64,000 nt of DNA from Eubacteriales bacterium (GCA_045535815.1 JAZSMJ010000014.1:1696-65695); one strand, 5' to 3'; counted from the first letter of the stretch, positions 36,982 to 45,051 are shown. The notes: generated by a model from the letters alone, not told the origin. Translations and numbers: made by a program.

Positions 36982-38976
36982 TTACTTATATTCGGTCCTG
37001 TTCAAAACAGCAATCTGCTGCCATTCGGGAAGACTTACAAAATATTCGCTAAAGCCGTATAGTCTTACTGTCAGGCTCTTGTATTTGTCGGGATTAACCA
37101 TTGCATCCTGCAAAGTGCTGCGGTCAATTACGCTTATTCCCACATGAAGCCCACCCATACTGAAATAAGTCAGTATAAGGGCTTTTAAAACATCCGATGA
37201 AACCTTTTGTGAAAAGGTCAAATTGAGTCCGCCGCCAGCAGTTCTCTCAAAGGGCAGTTTTGAAATACTTTTTAAAAGTGCTGTTATTCCATTCTTATCG
37301 GCACCATAAGTAGGTGACTGATTTTCGCTAAACGGTTCTCCGCTTTTTCTTCCGTCAGGCGAAGCTCCTATTTTGCCACACCAACTATTGTCACGTTCCA
37401 GAGAGTAAAATCCTGGAATGTTATATTCATTATCGCGCTTTTCAAGATTGTCAACTGCGTCAACCATAGCATTGCCTGCCATAGCTGTATAATTATCATT
37501 TTCACTGTCATTTCCGAATCTTTCGTAATTCAGTATTTCACTTCTAAGCTCTTCGTTATTTTCATAATTTTCATCAAGGATTTTCATAAATTCCGCGAAG
37601 GAATAACGTTTTTCTTTAAAAACAAGCTTATCCAGCACCATAAGTGAGTCGCCTATTGTTGCAACCCCAGGCAAAAATAAATTATTGAGGCAATACGCAC
37701 GGTCTTTGTCATATGCATATTTACATTCCATAGCTGTGTCGGTCAGGAGCAATGAGTCAAGTACAGCAGTCTGCCGCATATCCTCTATTGACTTTATACA
37801 GTGTTGGTTTTCCATATCCTTTGACAACGCCGCAGTGTAGTCCTTTAAAATTTCTTCTATTGAAGTATAATTTTTACTGTGCAGAACTTCAAGAAAAATC
37901 TGTACAGTCGGAACATAATAATCGCCCCTCGGGTTATGGTAATGCAAATCAAAAGTACAGCAAGCCGAATAAGTAAAATCTTTCGCCACATCAGGCTTTA
38001 CACCCCGGTCTGTAAGACATTTGAAGACGGTGTCATAATTATATATATTCACCTTGTCTGTTAAAACCGCAAGCGACTTAAATACCTGCTCGGTAAACTC
38101 TGCATCAGCGTCCGGTTTTAAACGGACAACTATTTCCGGCTGTGCCATGTTATTAAGTTCTGCTGCCTTCAGGCATACAATCGAAAATTTGTTTGGGAAT
38201 TCTCCGCCTATATTGACATATTGCTTGGATGCCTGACACAAGACCGGTTTTACGTTATAGTTGTGCGTACATCTTCCGCAAATTTCATTTGTTTTAATGA
38301 AGAATCCGGCAAGAAGTTCTGTAAGCTCCGTTTCAGTCTTGCCGTCGGCAAGAGCTTTTTCGTAAAATGGGAGCATATATTTGTCAAAGTTTCCGAATGC
38401 ATAATCACGAGAACCGATATAACAACTGAGTATCATATGCAAAATCCATATTCCCTGCAAAGCAGAATAGAAATCATACGCAGGTTCATAAGGAACAACC
38501 CGAAGTGCTTCTGCCATTTTATGAAATCCTGCTTTTTGGGCTTCTTCCGCATAGCGCAGGCAGTAAGCACGCACTGCTTCTGCCACAATTACAGCGTTTT
38601 CCGCAAAGCTTTTAGATTCGGCATCGCCCTTTTTTCTTGCAATATCATTTATTTCGGAAACTATACCTTTTAATCCGCAGTTCAAAACTTTTCCGTAATC
38701 CGGACTCAGATGTCCTGCTGAATTCAAAAGACAGTTTGCTATTTTCAGACCTTCATAGGGTAAAGCTTCAACAACACGTCCGGCAAAATAGTCATCTTCA
38801 TTTATGGGTACGGAAACCTCGCTTAACAGCTTTGAAAAAATAATTGCAAATTTGTCCGGTTTGTCATAATCAGCCATTTCAGTTTCCAGGCGTCCTAAAA
38901 TTTCATCTCTTTCAATAAAACACGCCTTATTATCTGTTTCAAATATAAACTCTTTTAAATTTGTCAAATTTCCCAT
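36982..38976 (-). CDS. Short PFL-type glycyl radical enzyme (about 664 aa), substrate unknown
   Basis: The C-terminal glycyl radical motif is SLTVRLYGFSEYFVSL. A Cys-Cys dyad lies in TYSACCTFDL (checked on DNA: tcg gct tgc tgt act). The start is placed at ATG 38976 (GGAGAA SD) rather than 38991. Confidence 0.8.
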   Translation of the reverse strand: MGNLTNLKEFIFETDNKACFIERDEILGRLETEMADYDKPDKFAIIFSKLLSEVSVPINEDDYFAGRVVEALPYEGLKIANCLLNSAGHLSPDYGKVLNCGLKGIVSEINDIARKKGDAESKSFAENAVIVAEAVRAYCLRYAEEAQKAGFHKMAEALRVVPYEPAYDFYSALQGIWILHMILSCYIGSRDYAFGNFDKYMLPFYEKALADGKTETELTELLAGFFIKTNEICGRCTHNYNVKPVLCQASKQYVNIGGEFPNKFSIVCLKAAELNNMAQPEIVVRLKPDADAEFTEQVFKSLAVLTDKVNIYNYDTVFKCLTDRGVKPDVAKDFTYSACCTFDLHYHNPRGDYYVPTVQIFLEVLHSKNYTSIEEILKDYTAALSKDMENQHCIKSIEDMRQTAVLDSLLLTDTAMECKYAYDKDRAYCLNNLFLPGVATIGDSLMVLDKLVFKEKRYSFAEFMKILDENYENNEELRSEILNYERFGNDSENDNYTAMAGNAMVDAVDNLEKRDNEYNIPGFYSLERDNSWCGKIGASPDGRKSGEPFSENQSPTYGADKNGITALLKSISKLPFERTAGGGLNLTFSQKVSSDVLKALILTYFSMGGLHVGISVIDRSTLQDAMVNPDKYKSLTVRLYGFSEYFVSLPEWQQIAVLNRTEYK

Positions 38977-38999
38977 AAAAATGTTCTCCATAATATACT

Positions 39000-39027
39000 T
39001 AATGTGTAATAAATATATTACACATTA
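39000..39027. promoter_or_regulatory. Perfect 12-4-12 palindrome TAATGTGTAATA-aata-TATTACACATTA overlapping the GRE promoter -10/TSS (candidate operator)
   Basis: The left arm at 39000-39011 is the exact reverse complement of the right arm at 39016-39027. Confidence 0.6.
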
Positions 39028-39040
39028 GTCAAGTTGTCAA
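39012..39040 (-). promoter_or_regulatory. Promoter of the GRE-activase operon (TTGACA-17-TATATT)
   Basis: The minus strand reads TTGACA (39040-39035), a 17-nt spacer, then TATATT (39017-39012). Confidence 0.6.
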
Positions 39041-39142
39041 CTGATTTCAAAAAAATCAATCCATCAAAATCGATAAAATTATTGATTTTATATTAATTTT
39101 ATGGTGTAATAAATAAATTAGATATTTATTTTTTGAAATAAA

Positions 39143-39161
39143 TGGTGTCAAATTGGTGTCA
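39143..39161 (+). promoter_or_regulatory. Tandem direct repeat TGGTGTCA-N3-TGGTGTCA (site 2)
   Basis: TGGTGTCA at 39143-39150 and 39154-39161 (11-bp period). It lies between the HAD gene terminator and the GRE promoter. Confidence 0.6.
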
Positions 39162-39191
39162 GGCTAATTTAGAAACCATTGAAAATAAATG

Positions 39192-39225
39192 AAAATTAAA
39201 AGGACAATGGAATTTACCATTGTCC
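39192..39225 (-). terminator. Rho-independent terminator of the glp-HAD operon
   Basis: Stem ggacaatgg (39202-39210) pairs with ccattgtcc (39217-39225), followed on the minus strand by ttttaatttt. Confidence 0.75.
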
Positions 39226-39254
39226 ATATCCTTGGAATTGGGTGATAAAACGGC

Positions 39255-40043
39255 TCACTTCAGATCCTCATATATTTTTCTGATATTATCGTATATGAAT
39301 TCAGGCTTTACCTCGCTTTTTTCGAGGTCCTCAACTGTTCCCTCGCCGCTTAACACGAAAACCGTACTTATACCTGCATTAACGCCGCAGGCTATATCTG
39401 TATAAAGTCTATCTCCCAAAAGCACCGTTTCTTCCTTTGAGAAGCCGGTTGAATTCATTGCAAGATATGCCATTTCGGGCTCAGGCTTACCAATAAACTT
39501 TGGACGCTTTTTTGTTGCATTGTAAATTATGTCGGCAAAAGATCCGCAATCAGGAACAAAGCCATACCACGTAGGGCATACCCAGTCAGGATTGGTTGCA
39601 ATATAGTCTATATTTCCTCCAAGGAGAATACAGGCATCCTCAAGCTTATTGAAAGTAAGCTCTGTGTCATTAGAAAGACACAGACAATCTATTCCATCTT
39701 CTCTTTGGGTAGTTACGCAAAGACCTGCATCTTTCAACTGCTTTACAAAGGATACTGTACCGAATGCATATATTTTTTTGTACCTTTTTTCCTTTAAATA
39801 AAGAATTGTAGCATCGGTAGAAGTCAAAAAGTCATCGGCTGTAGAGTTAATTCCCATTTTTTCGAGCTTTTCAATATACTTATCAACTCCTTTTGAAGAG
39901 TTATTCGTAAGGAAAATATATCTTCCTCCAATTGATTTTACGTAGCTCAAAAAGTCAAGCGTTCCGTCAAAGATATCGTTATCAAGATATATTGTTCCGT
40001 CCATGTCAAGTAAAAACAGTCGTTTGCCTTTTAAATCACTCAT
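39255..40043 (-). CDS. HAD-IIA family phosphatase (NagD-like sugar/glycerol-phosphate phosphatase)
   Basis: ATG 40043 overlaps the glpP end by 8 nt. Motif I is FLLDMDGTIY, motif II is LTNNSS, motif III is GKP, and motif IV is LLGDRLYTDI. Confidence 0.8.
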   Translation of the reverse strand: MSDLKGKRLFLLDMDGTIYLDNDIFDGTLDFLSYVKSIGGRYIFLTNNSSKGVDKYIEKLEKMGINSTADDFLTSTDATILYLKEKRYKKIYAFGTVSFVKQLKDAGLCVTTQREDGIDCLCLSNDTELTFNKLEDACILLGGNIDYIATNPDWVCPTWYGFVPDCGSFADIIYNATKKRPKFIGKPEPEMAYLAMNSTGFSKEETVLLGDRLYTDIACGVNAGISTVFVLSGEGTVEDLEKSEVKPEFIYDNIRKIYEDLK

Positions 40044-40587
40044 CGCTATTCTCCCAAAATTCCTGCTTTCCTGTAGAAATAGCCGTTGCTCCACATGAAA
40101 GCGCTTCATTTATTTCTTCTTTTGTTTCTATAAGTCCGCCTGCCACAATAGGCGTTTTTAATTCATCCTTTAATCTGCTTATTATTTTAGAAAGTGTTCC
40201 GGGCATTATTTCTATCATATCAGCCTTTGACATTTTTGCCGATTCAACTGTCGTAGTTACAGATTGAGAGTCAAGCAGAAAAAACCTTTGAACTGTAAAC
40301 AATCCTTCTTTTTTTGCCAGCTTGATTATGTTCGTTCTGGTGCTTATTATGCCGTCTACTCCCTGTTCTTTTACGAATTTTATCCCATATTCATCTTTCC
40401 CTATGCCCTCTGCCAGATCAAGATGTATTAGGATTTTTTTACCTGCAGAATGAACGATTTCCGTATGTTTTTTTATATCCAATATATTTGGCGAAAGCAT
40501 AAAAATTATATTAACCTTCGACTTTGACGCAACCAGAAGCTCTTCATCACTTCTTGCTGCCGCAATTATCTTAAATCTACTCATCAT
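40036..40587 (-). CDS. glpP: Glycerol-3-phosphate-responsive antiterminator GlpP
   Basis: 183 aa. It contains IHLDLAEGIGKDEYGIKFV, DGIISTRTNIIKLAKKEG, QRFFLLDSQS, IEIMPG and PIVAGGLI, the G3P_antiterm family pattern. Confidence 0.88.
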   Translation of the reverse strand: MMSRFKIIAAARSDEELLVASKSKVNIIFMLSPNILDIKKHTEIVHSAGKKILIHLDLAEGIGKDEYGIKFVKEQGVDGIISTRTNIIKLAKKEGLFTVQRFFLLDSQSVTTTVESAKMSKADMIEIMPGTLSKIISRLKDELKTPIVAGGLIETKEEINEALSCGATAISTGKQEFWENSDE

Positions 40588-40596
40588 GCTCCTCCG

Positions 40597-40941
40597 TTAT
40601 TTAATACTGCGGATAGCTACGACCTTGCTACCAAATACATCTTCAATTATAACATCTTCTACGTCAATTGGCAATACCGGACAAGCTTTATTTATAATCT
40701 TCATTGCTTCAAATATTTTTTCTTTTGGTATCGGAGAATCGGTTTTTACAGGAAGTATTTCACCGTTATTACATCTTACGGTCGTAGTAATAGTCCTCAT
40801 AGGTGCAGTGCATTCATTCTCGGCGTATACCCTTCCTCTCAGGCAACCGTTTCCTATTACTTCAACCTCTCCGTTATCCTTTATTTCCGCAACAAGACTG
40901 CATCCCACGGGACACACTATACAGGTTAGTTCTCTTTTCAT
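40597..40941 (-). CDS. DUF1667 domain protein (third subunit of the Clostridial-type G3P dehydrogenase cluster)
   Basis: MKRELTCIVCPVGC.. starts at ATG 40941, 2 nt after the upstream stop. The Cys-rich N-terminus and the position match this family. Confidence 0.7.
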   Translation of the reverse strand: MKRELTCIVCPVGCSLVAEIKDNGEVEVIGNGCLRGRVYAENECTAPMRTITTTVRCNNGEILPVKTDSPIPKEKIFEAMKIINKACPVLPIDVEDVIIEDVFGSKVVAIRSIK

Positions 40942-40943
40942 AG

Positions 40944-42188
40944 TTAAGCCTCCTCCAGATAAAAGCTCAGTTCCGTGCAATTTGACAAACTGTTGCTTTT
41001 AAGAGTAATCCTTTCCATTTCCATTGGAGCTACTTTTGCTTTTTTCTTGGAAAATACAACTTTTTCGCCGTCACTTACACAAATTTTTACATTTTTAAAA
41101 ACGTTTGATACTCTGAAAAAAACCGTAACATCCTTTTTTTCTGTTATTCTTTGAGGTACGGTATATCTTATTTTTCCGTCTGTTTTAAGATCAATATTAA
41201 CTCTTTCATCATTAGTGTTATTAATATAATTGGCAGCACCTATTGCAGCAATCTCTGCTTCCTCTGAAACAAAATCCACAAGGTCGTGAACGTGTAAAAC
41301 GTTTCCGCAGGCAAAAATTCCGTCACATGACGTATGCCTGTTCTGGTCAACTACTGCTCCGTTTGTAATTTTGTCAATGCAGATTGATGCTTTCTTTGAA
41401 AGCTCATTTTCAGGAATTAAACCAACAGATAAAAGCAGAGTATCACATTCAATAAATTCTTCTGTTCCGCAGATAGGCTTTTTGTTTTCATCGACCTTTG
41501 CAACGGTTACACCCGAGATTCGTTCCTTACCGTGAATTTCCACTACGGTATGGCTTAATTTAAGCGGAATATTAAAATCGTTAAGACACTGTTCAATATT
41601 CCGTGGCAGGCCTGCCGAAAAAGGCATGATTTCGCAAACGCATTGAACCTTCGCTCCCTCTAAGGTCATTCTTCTTGCCATAATCAGACCGATATCACCG
41701 GAGCCTAAAATGACAACCTTTTTACCCGGCATATATCCCTGTAGATTTACAAGCTTTTGTGCGGTTCCGGCGCTGTAGATTCCTGCAGGACGGGTTCCTG
41801 CAATGTTTAGGGCACCTTTTGCACGCTCGCGGCATCCCATGGCAAGAATTATCGCCCTTGCCTCTATCTGAAAAATTCCGTCTTCACTGTTTGTGGCAGT
41901 TATGATTTTATCTTCTGTAATGTCAAGCACCATGGTATTAAGCTTGTATTCTATTCCTAAATCTCTTACCTGCTTTTCATATCTCCATGCATATTCAGGA
42001 CCTGTGAGCTCTTCACCAAATTTGTGCAAGCCGAACCCGTTATGTATGCACTGCTGTAAAATTCCTCCCAAAGAGTTATCTCTTTCCAATAATAAAATAT
42101 CACGTATCCCTTCTTCATAAGCTTTTATAGCTGCACTCATTCCGGCAGGTCCGCCACCTATTATAACCAAATCCTTCATATCACTCAC
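40944..42188 (-). CDS. NAD(P)/FAD-dependent pyridine nucleotide-disulfide oxidoreductase (GlpB-position subunit)
   Basis: 414 aa. It contains DLVIIGGGPAGMSAA and VVILGSGDIGLIMA, two Rossmann motifs. Confidence 0.8.
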   Translation of the reverse strand: MSDMKDLVIIGGGPAGMSAAIKAYEEGIRDILLLERDNSLGGILQQCIHNGFGLHKFGEELTGPEYAWRYEKQVRDLGIEYKLNTMVLDITEDKIITATNSEDGIFQIEARAIILAMGCRERAKGALNIAGTRPAGIYSAGTAQKLVNLQGYMPGKKVVILGSGDIGLIMARRMTLEGAKVQCVCEIMPFSAGLPRNIEQCLNDFNIPLKLSHTVVEIHGKERISGVTVAKVDENKKPICGTEEFIECDTLLLSVGLIPENELSKKASICIDKITNGAVVDQNRHTSCDGIFACGNVLHVHDLVDFVSEEAEIAAIGAANYINNTNDERVNIDLKTDGKIRYTVPQRITEKKDVTVFFRVSNVFKNVKICVSDGEKVVFSKKKAKVAPMEMERITLKSNSLSNCTELSFYLEEA

Positions 42189-43614
42189 ACTCCTTGGTTT
42201 TACCCACTATTACCTTCGATTCGCCTCCGAATTTTGTAATATCCTCGTAAGAAACCTTCATTTCATCTGCAAGCAGTTTTATAATATATGATGAACAAAA
42301 GCCTCCCTGGCATCTTCCCATTTGCGCTCTTGTTCTGCGCTTTACTCCGTCAAGATCAGACGGAGTGGGATTGGTTCGGATTGCTTCTAAGATTTCGCCC
42401 TCGGTAACACCTTCACATCTGCAAACTATTTTCCCGAAAGCTTTATTTTCAGCAATAATTTTGTTTTTTTCTTCAATGCTTGCATTCTTAAAATAGTGCA
42501 TAGACTTTCTTGTTGGGATATAGTTTTCTTTATTAACAAGCCGTTCTCCCTGTTCTACCAGCATATCACTTACCATATTCGCTATGGCAGGTGAAGCAGA
42601 AAGTCCTGGGGATTCGATAGCAGCAACGTTGATAAAGCCTTTTTTGGGAGAATTAATTATAAAATCGCCCGTATCACCCACAGCACGCAGACCGCAAAAT
42701 GATGTGATCGTCCCTGCAAACGGTACGCCCTTCATATTTTCATTTGCTTCTTTGATTATATGTGCAAATCCATCAGCAGTTGTAGTTTTATCCTCTTTGT
42801 CCTCTAAATCAACAGATGTTGGTCCGATCAGCAAATTCCCGTCAACCGTAGGAGATACTAAAATCCCCTTGCCCATTTTTGACGGAGTTCTGAATACTGT
42901 ATTTGACACTAATCCGCCAAATTCCCTGTCAAGCAAAATGTATTCTCCCTTACGCGGCTTGATATTAAAAGATCTATCTCCCACCATTTGTGCGATTTTA
43001 TCTGCATAAATTCCTGCCGCATTTATAATACACCGCGTTTTTATACTGTCGTTTTTCGAAAGGACTTCGTAGACACCGTCATTTTCATTTATACTCAAAA
43101 CCTCGAAATTTGTTTTTAATTCTACCCCGTTATCCATGGCATTACCGATAGCAGCCAAAGTGAGCTCATACGGGCATACAATCGCACCTGTAGGCGCATA
43201 GAGTGCACAAATTACGTTATTTGAAATATTGGGTTCTAATTCTGACAGTTCTTCTTTTTCTATAATTTTAAGGTTATCAACGCCGTTTTTCTCACCTCTT
43301 TTTAAAAGTGCTTCTATAACGCTTCTGTCTTTCTCATTAAAGCCAATTACCAAAGAACCGTTATTTTTGTATTTAACTCCTAGCTCCTGAGTAACCTTTT
43401 TCATCAATCTTGAGCCCTCGATGTTCAACTTCGCTTTCAAGCTGCCTTCTTTTGCATCAAATCCGGCATGCACTATTGCAGAATTTGCCTTTGTAGCTCC
43501 CATTGCAACATCATTTTCCTTTTCCACCAACACTACCTTCAGTCTGTATGCGGAAAGGGTTCTTGCAATCATTCCCCCGACAACTCCTGCACCTATAATC
43601 ACTACATCATACAT
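42181..43614 (-). CDS. FAD-dependent glycerol-3-phosphate dehydrogenase-like oxidoreductase with BFD-like [2Fe-2S] domain
   Basis: 477 aa. It contains MYDVVIIGAGVVGGMIAR. The C-terminal CRCEGVTEGEILEAI..RRTRAQMGRCQGGFC is a BFD-like domain. Confidence 0.8.
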   Translation of the reverse strand: MYDVVIIGAGVVGGMIARTLSAYRLKVVLVEKENDVAMGATKANSAIVHAGFDAKEGSLKAKLNIEGSRLMKKVTQELGVKYKNNGSLVIGFNEKDRSVIEALLKRGEKNGVDNLKIIEKEELSELEPNISNNVICALYAPTGAIVCPYELTLAAIGNAMDNGVELKTNFEVLSINENDGVYEVLSKNDSIKTRCIINAAGIYADKIAQMVGDRSFNIKPRKGEYILLDREFGGLVSNTVFRTPSKMGKGILVSPTVDGNLLIGPTSVDLEDKEDKTTTADGFAHIIKEANENMKGVPFAGTITSFCGLRAVGDTGDFIINSPKKGFINVAAIESPGLSASPAIANMVSDMLVEQGERLVNKENYIPTRKSMHYFKNASIEEKNKIIAENKAFGKIVCRCEGVTEGEILEAIRTNPTPSDLDGVKRRTRAQMGRCQGGFCSSYIIKLLADEMKVSYEDITKFGGESKVIVGKTKECE

Positions 43615-43633
43615 AAGATAAATCTCCTTTGCA

Positions 43634-43681
43634 ACAAAAAAAGACGCATCAAAATAAACATACGTTTATTTTGATACGTCT
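43634..43681 (-). terminator. Leader terminator (likely GlpP antitermination target) upstream of the G3P dehydrogenase gene
   Basis: The minus strand carries an 18-bp stem agacgtatcaaaataaac/gtttattttgatgcgtct followed by ttttttt. It lies between the promoter and ATG 43614. Confidence 0.7.
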
Positions 43682-43702
43682 CCAAATCTCTGTATCATTA
43701 AT

Positions 43703-43731
43703 ATTATAACATAAAAGAATATTATTGTCAA
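43703..43731 (-). promoter_or_regulatory. Perfect consensus promoter of the glp operon (TTGACA-17-TATAAT)
   Basis: The minus strand reads TTGACA (43731-43726), a 17-nt spacer, then TATAAT (43708-43703). Confidence 0.7.
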
Positions 43732-43787
43732 TCAGCTCCTTCAACTTTTGGTTTTATTTCTTTTGAGAATAAAAACACTCAGAATAA

Positions 43788-43816
43788 TTGACTATTATCC
43801 GATGTTATGATATAAT
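43788..43816 (+). promoter_or_regulatory. ychF promoter (TTGACT-17-TATAAT with TGn extended -10)
   Basis: TTGACT at 43788-43793, TG at 43808-43809, and TATAAT at 43811-43816. Confidence 0.6.
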
Positions 43817-43856
43817 ATTACGTTGTAACTATTTGGTAGAAGCAACTGAGATTACA

Positions 43857-43875
43857 CGGTGTCAAGTTGGTGTCA
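43857..43875 (+). promoter_or_regulatory. Tandem direct repeat CGGTGTCA-N3-TGGTGTCA (site 3)
   Basis: GGTGTCA at 43858-43864 and 43869-43875 (11-bp period). It lies inside the predicted ychF 5' UTR and ~130 bp upstream of the divergent glp promoter. Confidence 0.6.
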
Positions 43876-43907
43876 TACCATTTGAGAAACCTTGAAATAT
43901 AAGGAGA

Positions 43908-45008
43908 ATGAAAATAAAATTAGATATAGTAGGTCTTCCTAACGTTGGTAAGAGCACCCTTTTTAACGCTCTGACAAATGCTGGAGCCGAATCAGCTAAC
44001 TACCCCTTCTGTACTATCGAACCGAACGTAGGAGTCGTTGCAGTTCCCGATGCAAGACTTGACGTTCTTGCTGAAATGTACACACCCGAAAAATACACCC
44101 CTGCCGTAATCGAATTCGTTGATATAGCAGGTCTTGTAAAGGGCGCGTCTCAGGGCGAGGGTCTGGGAAACAAGTTCCTTTCACATATAAGAGAGGTAGA
44201 CGCTATAGTTCACGTTGTGCGCTGCTTCTCTGACGATAATATAATCCACGTTGACGGATCGGTTGATCCTGCACGTGACGTTGAAACCATCAATACGGAG
44301 CTTATATTCTCCGACCTTGATATTCTTGAAAGACGCCTTGACAGAACTACGAAGCTGATGAAGGGTGATAAGACTCTTGCGTCAGAGGTCGCCTTGCTCG
44401 AGCGAATGATAAAAGCACTTGACGGCGGCGCTACTGCACGCAGTCTCGAATTCACAGAGGATGAAATGGCTATTCTTGCCGATATTCCGCTTCTTACAAA
44501 CAAGCCGGTAATATACGCCGCAAACATCTCGGAGGATGAGGTCGGCTCCGATCTTTCCTCAAACGAGGCATATCAGAAGCTGAAGGCTATCGCTGACGGT
44601 GAAAAGGCAGGAATACTTCCCGTCTGCGCTCAGATCGAGGCTGAAATAGCAGAGCTTTCTGCCGAAGAGAAAAAGATGTTCCTTGAGGATCTCGGAATAT
44701 CCGAAAGCGGTCTTGACCGTCTTATCAAGGAAAGCTACGCACTGCTCGGTCTTATAAGCTATCTCACCGCAGGACCCAAGGAGGTTCGTGCATGGACCAT
44801 AACCAACGGAACAAAGGCTCCGCAGGCGGCAGGTAAGATCCACTCCGACTTCGAAAGAGGATTTATAAGAGCCGAGGTAATATCCTACGATGAGCTTATC
44901 GAATGCGGAAATATGGTAACCGCAAAGGAAAAGGGACTTATCCGAAGCGAAGGCAAAGAATACGTAATGAAGGACGGAGACATCGTTCTCTTCAGATTCA
45001 ACGTTTAA
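43908..45008 (+). CDS. ychF: Redox-regulated ribosome-associated ATPase YchF
   Basis: 366 aa. It contains IVGLPNVGKSTLFNALT and the TGS-type C-terminus GFIRAEVISYDELIE..GKEYVMKDGDIVLFRFN. Confidence 0.93.
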   Translation: MKIKLDIVGLPNVGKSTLFNALTNAGAESANYPFCTIEPNVGVVAVPDARLDVLAEMYTPEKYTPAVIEFVDIAGLVKGASQGEGLGNKFLSHIREVDAIVHVVRCFSDDNIIHVDGSVDPARDVETINTELIFSDLDILERRLDRTTKLMKGDKTLASEVALLERMIKALDGGATARSLEFTEDEMAILADIPLLTNKPVIYAANISEDEVGSDLSSNEAYQKLKAIADGEKAGILPVCAQIEAEIAELSAEEKKMFLEDLGISESGLDRLIKESYALLGLISYLTAGPKEVRAWTITNGTKAPQAAGKIHSDFERGFIRAEVISYDELIECGNMVTAKEKGLIRSEGKEYVMKDGDIVLFRFNV

Positions 45009-45016
45009 AGTATATC

Positions 45017-45051
45017 GACCCACGCAGAACAAACTGCGTGGGTCTTTTTTT
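45017..45051. terminator. Bidirectional terminator between ychF and the convergent lipoprotein gene
   Basis: Stem gacccacgcag (45017-45027) pairs with ctgcgtgggtc (45034-45044), followed by ttttttt. Confidence 0.8.
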
